DNA of 32,000 nucleotides from Rhodobacter capsulatus SB 1003 (GTDB lineage Bacteria; Pseudomonadota; Alphaproteobacteria; Rhodobacterales; Rhodobacteraceae): NCBI RefSeq assembly GCF_000021865.1, contig NC_014034.1, positions 1,110,001 to 1,142,000 of the forward strand, read 5' to 3'. Shown piece by piece: positions 1 to 7,128 of this stretch (position 1 is its first letter; each line of letters starts with the position of its first letter). The notes under the pieces were generated by a model. It saw only the letters and a program-made list of their open reading frames with translations, ran no database searches and was not told where the DNA came from. The position numbers and the translations under genes were made by a program.

Positions 1-541
1 GGATCATCACCGCCGCCCGCGGCACCCCAAGGCAGCGCAGCGCCTTGAGCACCTGCGGCCAGGGCGTCGTCAGCACCAGCGCCAGAGCCAGCGTGGCCGT
101 GGTCTCGGACCGTCCGGTCAGGAACGCCGCCGCGCGCAGTCCCTGTTCGGTGATCGCCAGACCGAAGGGCAGCGAAAGGACCGGCGTGCCGGGCACGAGG
201 ATCAGCGCGGGCAGTGCGATCATCCCGGTAAAGCCCAGAACGACGATCCAGACCTGACGGGCCAGCCGGGCAGGAGAGATCTGCGACGCCGCCGCCAGCG
301 CGGTGGCCAGCACGAACAGCGCCAGCAGCACCAGAAGCGACCGGGTGGCCACCGCCGCCAGGATCAGCGCGAAGGCCCCGGCCACCTTGGCGCGCGGGTC
401 AAGGCCCTGCAGCAGGCCCGGGCGCTGCGCCAGACCGGCGGCCTCCTCGGCGTGCTGCATGAGGCCGCGAACCCCCGCGCCAAGGCGCCCGATCCGGTCG
501 GGCGCAGGCGCGCGGGCATGGACGACAGAAGGGTCGGTCAT
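1..541 (-). CDS. nikQ: ECF-type Ni/Co transporter transmembrane T component (NikQ/CbiQ family), C-terminus cut by window edge
   Basis: Hand translation of the minus strand from ATG 541-539 gives [86 protein letters not shown]...[24 protein letters not shown]. The LDPRxK motif, hydrophobic helices and L..LGVP pattern are typical of CbiQ. It starts 10 nt after the nikMN stop. It is missing from the ORF track because it runs off the edge. Confidence 0.7.
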
Positions 542-551
542 GCGCCGGGGC

Positions 552-1595
552 TCAGCCCGCGCGCCGGGTCAGTGCCCGCAGACCCGCGCTCAGCCCGATC
601 CCGGCCACGATCAGCGCCACGCCCAGCAGCGCCGACAGCACATAGCCAAGCGGCGCGTTCTGCACGAAGGCGGGGGCGTAATCGGGCAGCGGCGCCGACC
701 AGAGCTCGGCAAGCCGCGCGAACCCGCCCGGCAGCCCCGCCGGAGGGGCGACCCCGCCCGAGGCCCCGGCCATCGCGGCCCGGCCCGCCTCGGAGGTGAA
801 ATCCTCTGCGCCCCATTCGCCCCAGGCCGTGCCCGCGGCGATCAGCCCGAGCGGGCAGAGCACGACAAGCGCGCCGATCCCCGCCCAGAGCCGCAGGTGG
901 CGCTCCGGCGCGGCGGGGGCCCGCCGCGGCGCCAGCAGCTCGGGGTTGCTGCGCTGCAGCCAGGCGACAAGCCCGGCGGTGACGATGAACTCGGCCGCGC
1001 CGGCGATCGTCAGATGGGTCAGCGCCATGGCGGGCACCGCGACCGACAGCGGATAGGGCGCATAAAGCGGGGCCCCGGCGGCATCGTGGAAAAACAGCGG
1101 CTGGACGCCGAATTCGACCGCCGCCAGCAGCGCCGCGGCGTTCAGCCCCGCATAGCTCGCCAGCCCGGCCATGATCACCCGCCGCCGCGACCCGATCGCC
1201 GCCCCCCGCGTGCCAAGCGCATAGACCGCCGCGGCGACCATCGGCCCGACCACCGCCATGTTCAGGCAATTGGCGCCAAAGGCGGTGATGCCGCCATCGC
1301 CAAAGAAGATCGCCTGGATCAGCAGCGCCACCGAGATCGCCGGCACCGCCGCCCAGGGGCCGAGAAGCACCGCCGCGATGCCGATCCCCGCCGCATGGGC
1401 CGTCGTGCCGCCCGGAATCGGCAGGTTGAACATCATGATCACGAAGCTGAACGCCGCGACCAGCGCAACCAGCGGCAGATGCTGCCCGTTCAGGTCGCGG
1501 TCCAGCTTGCGCATCGACACATACCAGAACGGAACCGTGGCCGCGAAGGTGACGGCACAGGTCACCGGGCTCAGATAGCCGTCGGGAATATGCAT
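552..1595 (-). CDS. nikMN: Fused NikM-NikN (CbiM family plus PDGLE-type C-terminal domain) substrate-capture component of an ECF nickel transporter
   Basis: 347-aa ORF. The N-terminus [10 protein letters not shown] is the metal-binding CbiM/NikM signature, followed by multi-pass hydrophobic core [27 protein letters not shown] roughly 120-aa C-terminal extension has two TM segments ([12 protein letters not shown]...PLPDYAP). GAGGA lies 9 nt upstream of the ATG. A NikR-type operator lies upstream. Confidence 0.85.
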
Positions 1596-1615
1596 CGCGG
1601 GATCCTCGGGTGGGG

Positions 1616-1643
1616 GTATGATTTTCAGATCATTTCGTCATAT
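1616..1643 (-). promoter_or_regulatory. NikR-type operator GTATGA-N16-TCATAT overlapping the nikMN promoter
   Basis: GTATGA at 1616-1621, a 16-nt spacer, then TCATAT at 1638-1643. The E. coli NikR operator is GTATGA-N16-TCATAC. On the coding strand it begins 8 nt downstream of a perfect TTGACA (revcomp of 1652-1657) and covers the expected -10 region (AATGAT at 17-nt spacing). It sits 21 nt upstream of the nikMN ATG. Confidence 0.55.
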
Positions 1644-1672
1644 TCTTCTCCTGTCAAGAAATTCGACGCCGC

Positions 1673-1688
1673 CCGCCGCGCCCGGCGG
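1673..1688 (-). terminator. Possible GC hairpin directly after the stop of the 1174-aa gene
   Basis: CCGCCG (1673-1678) pairs with CGGCGG (1683-1688) around a 4-nt loop, abutting the stop codon at 1689-1691. On the mRNA the U-rich stretch (AAUUUCUU) comes only about 9 nt later, so this is not a canonical intrinsic terminator. Confidence 0.25.
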
Positions 1689-4600
1689 TCAGACCTGTGC
1701 CTGATCCTTCAGATGGATCTCGGCGATGGCCACGCCAAGCGAGCCCCAGCAGGACAGGAAGCTCAGCACGCCAAGGACCGCCGCCGGGATCATGTAGGTG
1801 CTCTTGTTCAGGGCCGGGATCGCCAGGAACCGCAGCGCCTGGCCGGGAACAAGGTTCAGAATGCCCCGGCTGAACGCCAGCTTGTTGCGCGTCGTCTGCT
1901 CCTGATTGGCGAAATGCACCGAGAGCATGATCAGATAGGCCACCCCCCAGGCGGTCTGGGTCAGCTCGCCGGTGGTGATCTTCGCCTCGCCGGTGATCCA
2001 TTTCTGATAGTGCAGCGCGATCCCGCGCCCCGGACCGCACAGCACCTGGCAGATCCAGATCGTCACGCCGAATCCCGGATCGCCGGGCTGGCAGTTCGGC
2101 GCCCCGGCCAGCGGCGACAGCGCCCAGGGCATGGTGAAAAGCGTCGACAGGAACCCCGCCGCGATGGGCACGATCCCGGCCTCGCCCAGCCCCTTGCCGG
2201 TGGCATTCGCCATCGCCGAACTGGGATCGAGCAGCGAGCGGAACGCCATCACGACGCAATAGCCGGTCAGGAAATTCTCGCGCCATTCCGGCGTCCAGCC
2301 GTTCGCCTCGGCCGCGGTCAGCGCCTTGGCCCGGCTCATCCCCAGCCGGTCTTTCAGCATCTCGACGGTGAAGCTCGCCTTGAAGACGGCCAGCTGTTCC
2401 GCCGTCCAGGGCGTCCGGCCCAGGACAAGCTTGCTGGTGATTGTCATCGGAATCGCCGCGATCCAGGCCACGACATCGATCGGCGTCAGCGTCAGCCGGT
2501 CGCCGGTGAACAGCTTGTAAAGCTGCGACAGGATCGGGATTTCCCATTCCTGAAACAGCGCCAGCTTGACCAGCCGGATCAGATCCTCGACCAGATCGAA
2601 CAGCGTCAGCACGATGCCCTCGGCCGCATCAAGCGCGAACAGCGCCGCCGCCTCCAGCGCCTTCACCAGACCGCTCAGCAACAGCTGCGCCGCCCGGCCG
2701 GGTTCGTTGCCGATGTTGTTGAAATAGCCGAAGGCCTCGTCAAGCGCCTGCTTGCCGTCGCCGAACTGGAAATTGTCCGAAAAGGACTTCATCCGCCCGA
2801 ACAGATCCTGCAACGGATCGGAGAGCGCGGTGGTGGCGCGCAGGATCGCGGCGCCATCCGCCTTGACCGTCAGCTTGCTCTCGTTCTCGCGGAAGGCATT
2901 GAGAAAGATGTTGTGATCGGAGGCATGCTGTTCCTCTTCGCTCGGCTCCTCCTGTTCGAAATAGGCGCCCATCGTCGGATCGCCCTCGCGGTTCAGGGTC
3001 AGGATCAGATTGTTGACGATGCCGTCCAGCCCGGCCTTGAGAAACTCGAACCCCTCCTCGACCCGGCCGCGCAGCGCATGGACGGCATCGGCGGTGAAAT
3101 CGAGCGTCACCCCGACACAATGCTTGATCCCCTCGGCCGTGCGTCCGAAGTCCTTGAAATCGAACAGGAAGGCCAGCCACTGAAAGAGCTGCTCCAGCTT
3201 CACCTTGAGCCAGTTCCACACCCCTTCGATGAAATCGAGCGCCTGCTGGGCGAATTTGATCACCGCCTGAAAGACCTGGCCCGCGATCTTGAACAGCACA
3301 TTCGCGATGCCGTCGACGATCGTCACGACGATCTTTTCCAGCCCGTTGATCAGCCATTCGACACCGTCGCGGATGCCGCGCCAGACCGAGCCCCAGTCGA
3401 TGCCGAGGAACGACCCCCCGGCGTCCAGCTGCGGCGCATGGGCGGCGCGGAAGGCGGCGATGTCGCTGCTGTCCAGGCTGCGATAGACCGGCACGCCGGA
3501 GCCGAAATCGATTTCCCAGGACACGGTGCCAAGCGACCGGAAATCCGCCTGCAGGCTGTGGCGCAGCGCATGGGGGGTGGCGAACTTGTACTGGATCGCC
3601 CGCGCGGTTTCATCGGCCTGCGCGATCCGCATCGATTGCCGGGTGACCTCGGCGATGCTTTCGGCCACCTGCTCGCGGTCCTTGGTGTCGGCGGGCAGCA
3701 GCAGCGCCCCGGCGCTGTCGGTGGCGGTCAGCACGTCGTCCTTCGTGGTCTGCGCCATCTTCGCCTGCAGCTGCCCATTCGGCTGCACGACGATCGGCTG
3801 GCCCGCGCCGGTGACGGGTGTCGAAATCAGCAGCGTCGCCCCCGCCAGCGCATTGGCGCGCTGCAAGATCACCACCTTGCCCGTCGCGTCGGTGCGGAAG
3901 CTGACCGGATCGACAAGGCTGGAGCGATAGGCCTCGCCGTTCACCCAAAGCGTGCAGAGAAAGGCCGCGTTGATGCTGACGGGCGCGTCGTAAAGCGGCG
4001 CCCCCTCGGCATCGACGACGAAGATCTCGGTCGAATGGGTGGGCACCGAGACCAGCTTGTCCTCGGCCTTGGGCAGATCGAGCACCTCGGAGAACCATTG
4101 TTCGGTGTCGGGGGCCTGCCAGAACCGGAAGATCTGGTTGTCCTCGGTCACCGAATAGGCTTCGGAATAGCCGTTCGCATTGCGTCCGACGGCGACGATG
4201 CGGTTTTCCATGGCGCGGGCGAGCGGAAAGATCACCCGCCAGCCCTGCAGCTTGCCCGCGCTGTTGGTGACCTGGCGCGTATAGCTCAGATCGCCCGCCT
4301 CATTGAGCACGAAGACCTCGATCAGCCCGTCGCGGCGCAGGTTCGCCGTCAGCCGGCCCAGCCGCCCGCTCTGGCCCGGATCGACCTGCACCCAATCGTC
4401 GAACTGGATCCCCGAGGTCGACCGCTTGCGCTGCTTCTTCACCCACAAAAGGCCGGTGTCGCGCTCGACCGCCAGGATGTTCAGCAGATTTTCGGCATCG
4501 GCGATCGCGGCGATATGCGAGGCCTTCTTGTTGAGCTTGCGCATGTGCGAGGTGCGGAAACTGTCTTCGGCAAACAGCACCTCGTCATCCATGCCGATCG

Positions 4601-5213
4601 CGAAGATCGCCGATTGCACCGGGTTGTTGGCGGCCATGGCGATCTCCTTGACCACCGCCTCCTTGCCGTCCGGCCCGATCACCGGCGCCCAGACCGGCCC
4701 GCCCCATTTGTCGTTCAGCGGGTCGTAGTAATTCGTGCACAGCCGCCCGTCGGACAGCCGCACGTTGATGTAGATCCGCCCGGTCACGCCGCGCACGCCC
4801 AGAAAGGTGCGGATCACCTCGTCCTGCGGGCCGGTGTTGCGCTGCCCGTAGCCGCCGGATTGAAAGGTGGCCAGCGTCAGCTTGCTCTCGCTGTTGAGCC
4901 CGAAGATCGAGGGCGTGTCGGACCGCCCGCCCGCGGCGTCGAAGAAGTAAAGCTGGCTGGCGCGGATCCCCAGATCGGCTTCCTCATAGGGGGCGAGCGT
5001 CGCATCGGTGCGCCGATAGCGATAGACCCGGCCGGTGGTGCCGACGCTGTAGATGTCAAGCATCCCGGCGGTGTTCAGATAGGTCTGGATCTCGGTGCCC
5101 GAGGAAACCGGCTGCAGCGGCAGGAAGGTTTCCATGTAATTCGTGCTGACCCGCAGCGCCGGGGTGGCCCCGACCGGGGCGGCGTCAAGCGCGGCCGAGG
5201 AAAAGAACGTCAT
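1689..5213 (-). CDS. Giant hypothetical protein (1174 aa): N-terminal seven-repeat beta-propeller-like region, beta-rich middle, Trp-rich amphipathic helical region, C-terminal multi-pass hydrophobic region
   Basis: ORF track 1689..5456. I trimmed the start to ATG 5213-5211 (MTFFSSAALD) because GGGAGA lies 5 nt upstream and the 81 upstream codons are Arg/Pro/Cys-rich and cross a tandem repeat. High GC3 in frame. Seven spaced strand-turn-strand units: MLDIYSVGTTGRVYRY, SIFGLNSESKLTLATF, RIYINVRLSDGRLCTNYY, SAIFAIGMDDEVLFA, LNILAVERDTGLLWV, LIEVFVLNEAGDLSYT, YSVTEDNQIFRFW. Helical segment GIDWGSVWRGIRDGVEWLINGLEK...WNWLKVKLEQLFQWLAFLF. At least five hydrophobic segments lie in the last ~285 aa. 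No signal peptide and no recognisable family. Confidence 0.8.
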   Translation of the reverse strand: MTFFSSAALDAAPVGATPALRVSTNYMETFLPLQPVSSGTEIQTYLNTAGMLDIYSVGTTGRVYRYRRTDATLAPYEEADLGIRASQLYFFDAAGGRSDTPSIFGLNSESKLTLATFQSGGYGQRNTGPQDEVIRTFLGVRGVTGRIYINVRLSDGRLCTNYYDPLNDKWGGPVWAPVIGPDGKEAVVKEIAMAANNPVQSAIFAIGMDDEVLFAEDSFRTSHMRKLNKKASHIAAIADAENLLNILAVERDTGLLWVKKQRKRSTSGIQFDDWVQVDPGQSGRLGRLTANLRRDGLIEVFVLNEAGDLSYTRQVTNSAGKLQGWRVIFPLARAMENRIVAVGRNANGYSEAYSVTEDNQIFRFWQAPDTEQWFSEVLDLPKAEDKLVSVPTHSTEIFVVDAEGAPLYDAPVSINAAFLCTLWVNGEAYRSSLVDPVSFRTDATGKVVILQRANALAGATLLISTPVTGAGQPIVVQPNGQLQAKMAQTTKDDVLTATDSAGALLLPADTKDREQVAESIAEVTRQSMRIAQADETARAIQYKFATPHALRHSLQADFRSLGTVSWEIDFGSGVPVYRSLDSSDIAAFRAAHAPQLDAGGSFLGIDWGSVWRGIRDGVEWLINGLEKIVVTIVDGIANVLFKIAGQVFQAVIKFAQQALDFIEGVWNWLKVKLEQLFQWLAFLFDFKDFGRTAEGIKHCVGVTLDFTADAVHALRGRVEEGFEFLKAGLDGIVNNLILTLNREGDPTMGAYFEQEEPSEEEQHASDHNIFLNAFRENESKLTVKADGAAILRATTALSDPLQDLFGRMKSFSDNFQFGDGKQALDEAFGYFNNIGNEPGRAAQLLLSGLVKALEAAALFALDAAEGIVLTLFDLVEDLIRLVKLALFQEWEIPILSQLYKLFTGDRLTLTPIDVVAWIAAIPMTITSKLVLGRTPWTAEQLAVFKASFTVEMLKDRLGMSRAKALTAAEANGWTPEWRENFLTGYCVVMAFRSLLDPSSAMANATGKGLGEAGIVPIAAGFLSTLFTMPWALSPLAGAPNCQPGDPGFGVTIWICQVLCGPGRGIALHYQKWITGEAKITTGELTQTAWGVAYLIMLSVHFANQEQTTRNKLAFSRGILNLVPGQALRFLAIPALNKSTYMIPAAVLGVLSFLSCWGSLGVAIAEIHLKDQAQV

Positions 5214-6111
5214 GCTGGTCTCCCTTGTTTGAAAGCGCAGGCGTCTGTTTGAAAAACGCGGGCGTCTGTTTGAAAGCGCAGGCGTCGGAATGGGGCAGGC
5301 GGGGCGCGGGGGTGGTGCGGCGGGCGCGTTGCAGCACCGGCGCGCGCCAGACCGGCCGTCCGTGGTCGTTGCAGTAAAGCGGCTTGTCGAGCGCAAGCGC
5401 CCGGCTGCCCAGCACCGGCGCCAGCCAGGCCAGAACCGGCTCCAGCACGGGGCCAAGCGTCCCGTCGTCCAGCGCGGCGGCGCGGCGGACGGCGAACCAA
5501 AGCTCCGTCACATCGGCATAATAGGGCGCCAGCCGCCGCGCGAAGCGGGCCGGATCAAAGCCGCCCGCGGCGGCGGCGGCCAGCGAGGCGGCGGCGCCCT
5601 GCGCCACCGGATGCGCGGCCAGACCCAGACGGCAGGCCAGCGCCAGCACATTGGCATTCACCGCCAGATCGACCGGATTGTCGCGGCCGCGCTCGATCAG
5701 CCAGGTCCGCACCGCGCCGCGGCGCACCCAGGGCGGGGCCGCGCCCGGCACCATCAGGCAGGCAGCAGGGGCGATCCCGGCGTCAAAGGCCGCCCGCGCC
5801 GGATCGGTGCCGCGCCGCCCGCCGTGCAGCAGCGCCAGCCAGGCCAGCGCGGTGTCATCGGCATCGGGCGGCAGGCCGCGCACCAGCATCGGCCCGCGGC
5901 CCCGCGGCGGATAAAAGGCGAAAGCGCCCGGAAGCCGCGGATCCTCGCAGCTTTCGATGAAATCGAGCGCGCGGTCGAGCGCCGGGCGATGCGCCACCGG
6001 GTCAAGGCACAAGGCCACGCTGGCGGTGACGAAACAGGTCTCGTCCTCCATCCCCGCCACCTCTGACGGGAAGGCGCCGGTCGCCGTCTGGCGGCTCAGG
6101 ACCGCGCGCAT
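5185..6111 (-). CDS. Hypothetical protein (308 aa) with a terpene-cyclase/prenyltransferase-like DxDDTA motif (alpha/alpha-toroid-like)
   Basis: ORF 5185..6321. Start chosen at ATG 6111 (MRAVLSRQTATGAFPSE), which overlaps the upstream gene's stop by 16 nt. The motif PPDADDTALAWLAL (DADDTA encoded at 5848-5865) resembles the DxDDTA motif of squalene-hopene and class II terpene cyclases. The Q-x-x-x-G-x-F/P repeat flavour (RQTATGAFP, RLPGAFAFYP) fits too. The C-terminal tail reads through the tandem repeats and overlaps the next gene's start by 29 nt. Confidence 0.55.
   Translation of the reverse strand: MRAVLSRQTATGAFPSEVAGMEDETCFVTASVALCLDPVAHRPALDRALDFIESCEDPRLPGAFAFYPPRGRGPMLVRGLPPDADDTALAWLALLHGGRRGTDPARAAFDAGIAPAACLMVPGAAPPWVRRGAVRTWLIERGRDNPVDLAVNANVLALACRLGLAAHPVAQGAAASLAAAAAGGFDPARFARRLAPYYADVTELWFAVRRAAALDDGTLGPVLEPVLAWLAPVLGSRALALDKPLYCNDHGRPVWRAPVLQRARRTTPAPRLPHSDACAFKQTPAFFKQTPALSNKGDQHDVLFLGRA
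5227..5287 (-). repeat. Three tandem 20-21-bp direct repeats immediately upstream of the 1174-aa gene start
   Basis: Plus strand: GTTTGAAAGCGCAGGCGTCT (5227-5246), GTTTGAAAAACGCGGGCGTCT (5247-5267), GTTTGAAAGCGCAGGCGTCG (5268-5287). On the coding strand the unit is AGACGCCTGCGCTTTCAAAC, and the array ends 8 nt before the GGGAGA RBS. Confidence 0.85.
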
Positions 6112-7115
6112 GATCGCCACGCTTCGCAGCGCGTCGCGCAGGTGACCGAAAGCGCCAGCCCCGACCGGCCCAGCGTCAGCCCGACCAGCCCGTGCCAGGG
6201 GATGCCGCCCGCGACCGGGGCGCTCAGCGCGCAGTAGCGCGGCATCGCCCAGCCGCGGCGCTGACCGAAGGCCAGAAGGCTTTCCCGCGCCCGGGCCGCG
6301 GGACCGAGCAGCGCATCGCAATGCACATACCAGGTCAGCGCCTCGGCGGTGCCGTCCTCGCCCCAGGACAGGCTCAGCCCCTGATCCTGGGTCGGCAGCA
6401 GCGGGCGCAGGCTTTGATCGCGCAGATCGGTGAGCAGCTGCAGGGCCTCGCGCGCGCGCGGCGGCAGCCCCAGATCGGCCAGCAGCAGCCCCAGACCGTC
6501 GCGCGCCAGCGGCGCGATCGCGGCATAGATCTCGACCGTGCCCCGCCCCGGATCAAGCCCGAGCAGCACCGGGGCAAAGGCGCGGACGGCCGGCAGGCGG
6601 CGGGTCAGCGGGGCAAAGGGCAGCGCTGCCAGCGTCTCGGGCGCCCCGGGCAGTTCCAGATAAAGCTTGCGCCGCAGGCCCGGGTTCCCCGGACGCAACC
6701 CGATCCAGCCGCCGAAGCGGGCGCCCTGCGCCTGCTGGGCGGCGGTGACCGCCGCGCGCAGGGCGCGCTGCCCCGGCGAAAGGCCCGGCACCGCCGCAAC
6801 CGCGCGCGCCCGTCGTTCGGCGCCCGATGCCCCGGGCACCGGATCGAGCGTGGCGCGGATCTGCTCTGCCCCCGCGGCGGTCCAGAGCGCCTGGAATTCC
6901 ACCGGATCGCCGATCGCCGAGAGGTTGCTGTCCTGCGCCCCGGGCTCGGCACAAAGCCCGCGCAGCGCGCGGTCCCATTGCGCGGCCGGGACATCGGCCC
7001 CGCCCGCCGCCCGACACGCCCGAGAAAGCGCATCGGAGGGATCGGCGGCGGGATCGGGGGCGGGGGGCGGCGCGGCGCCGCCCGCCGCTACGGCACAGGC
7101 TGGAACCGGGTCCAT
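6096..7115 (-). CDS. Hypothetical protein (339 aa), possibly an ABBA/DMATS-like aromatic prenyltransferase fold
   Basis: High GC3 in this frame. ATG 7115 lies 13 nt after the upstream stop. There is a periodic pattern of short strand motifs ending in aromatic residues, as in ABBA prenyltransferases: GDPVEFQALW...IRATLDP, RRKLYLELPG, GTVEIYAAI, EALTWYVHC, WHGLVGLTLG. The assignment rests on pattern only. Confidence 0.55.
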   Translation of the reverse strand: MDPVPACAVAAGGAAPPPAPDPAADPSDALSRACRAAGGADVPAAQWDRALRGLCAEPGAQDSNLSAIGDPVEFQALWTAAGAEQIRATLDPVPGASGAERRARAVAAVPGLSPGQRALRAAVTAAQQAQGARFGGWIGLRPGNPGLRRKLYLELPGAPETLAALPFAPLTRRLPAVRAFAPVLLGLDPGRGTVEIYAAIAPLARDGLGLLLADLGLPPRAREALQLLTDLRDQSLRPLLPTQDQGLSLSWGEDGTAEALTWYVHCDALLGPAARARESLLAFGQRRGWAMPRYCALSAPVAGGIPWHGLVGLTLGRSGLALSVTCATRCEAWRSCARS

Positions 7116-7128
7116 CGCGCTGCCGCCG

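Noticed and set aside
303-5252. 1649-aa plus-strand ORF, the longest in the track
   Set aside because: Extremely Arg/Gly/Pro/Asp-rich with no motifs. It is antisense to the well-supported nikMN gene and to the 1174-aa gene, whose frames carry the GC3 bias and the RBSs. This is a typical high-GC shadow ORF.
5227-5287. Possibility that the triple repeat is a mini CRISPR array
   Set aside because: The units are contiguous with no spacers, only ~20 bp long, and there are no cas genes in the window.
5214-5456. 81-codon N-terminal extension of the giant ORF (start at 5456)
   Set aside because: The extension is Arg/Pro/Cys-rich, runs through the tandem repeat and overlaps the upstream gene extensively. 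ATG 5213 has a proper GGGAGA RBS.
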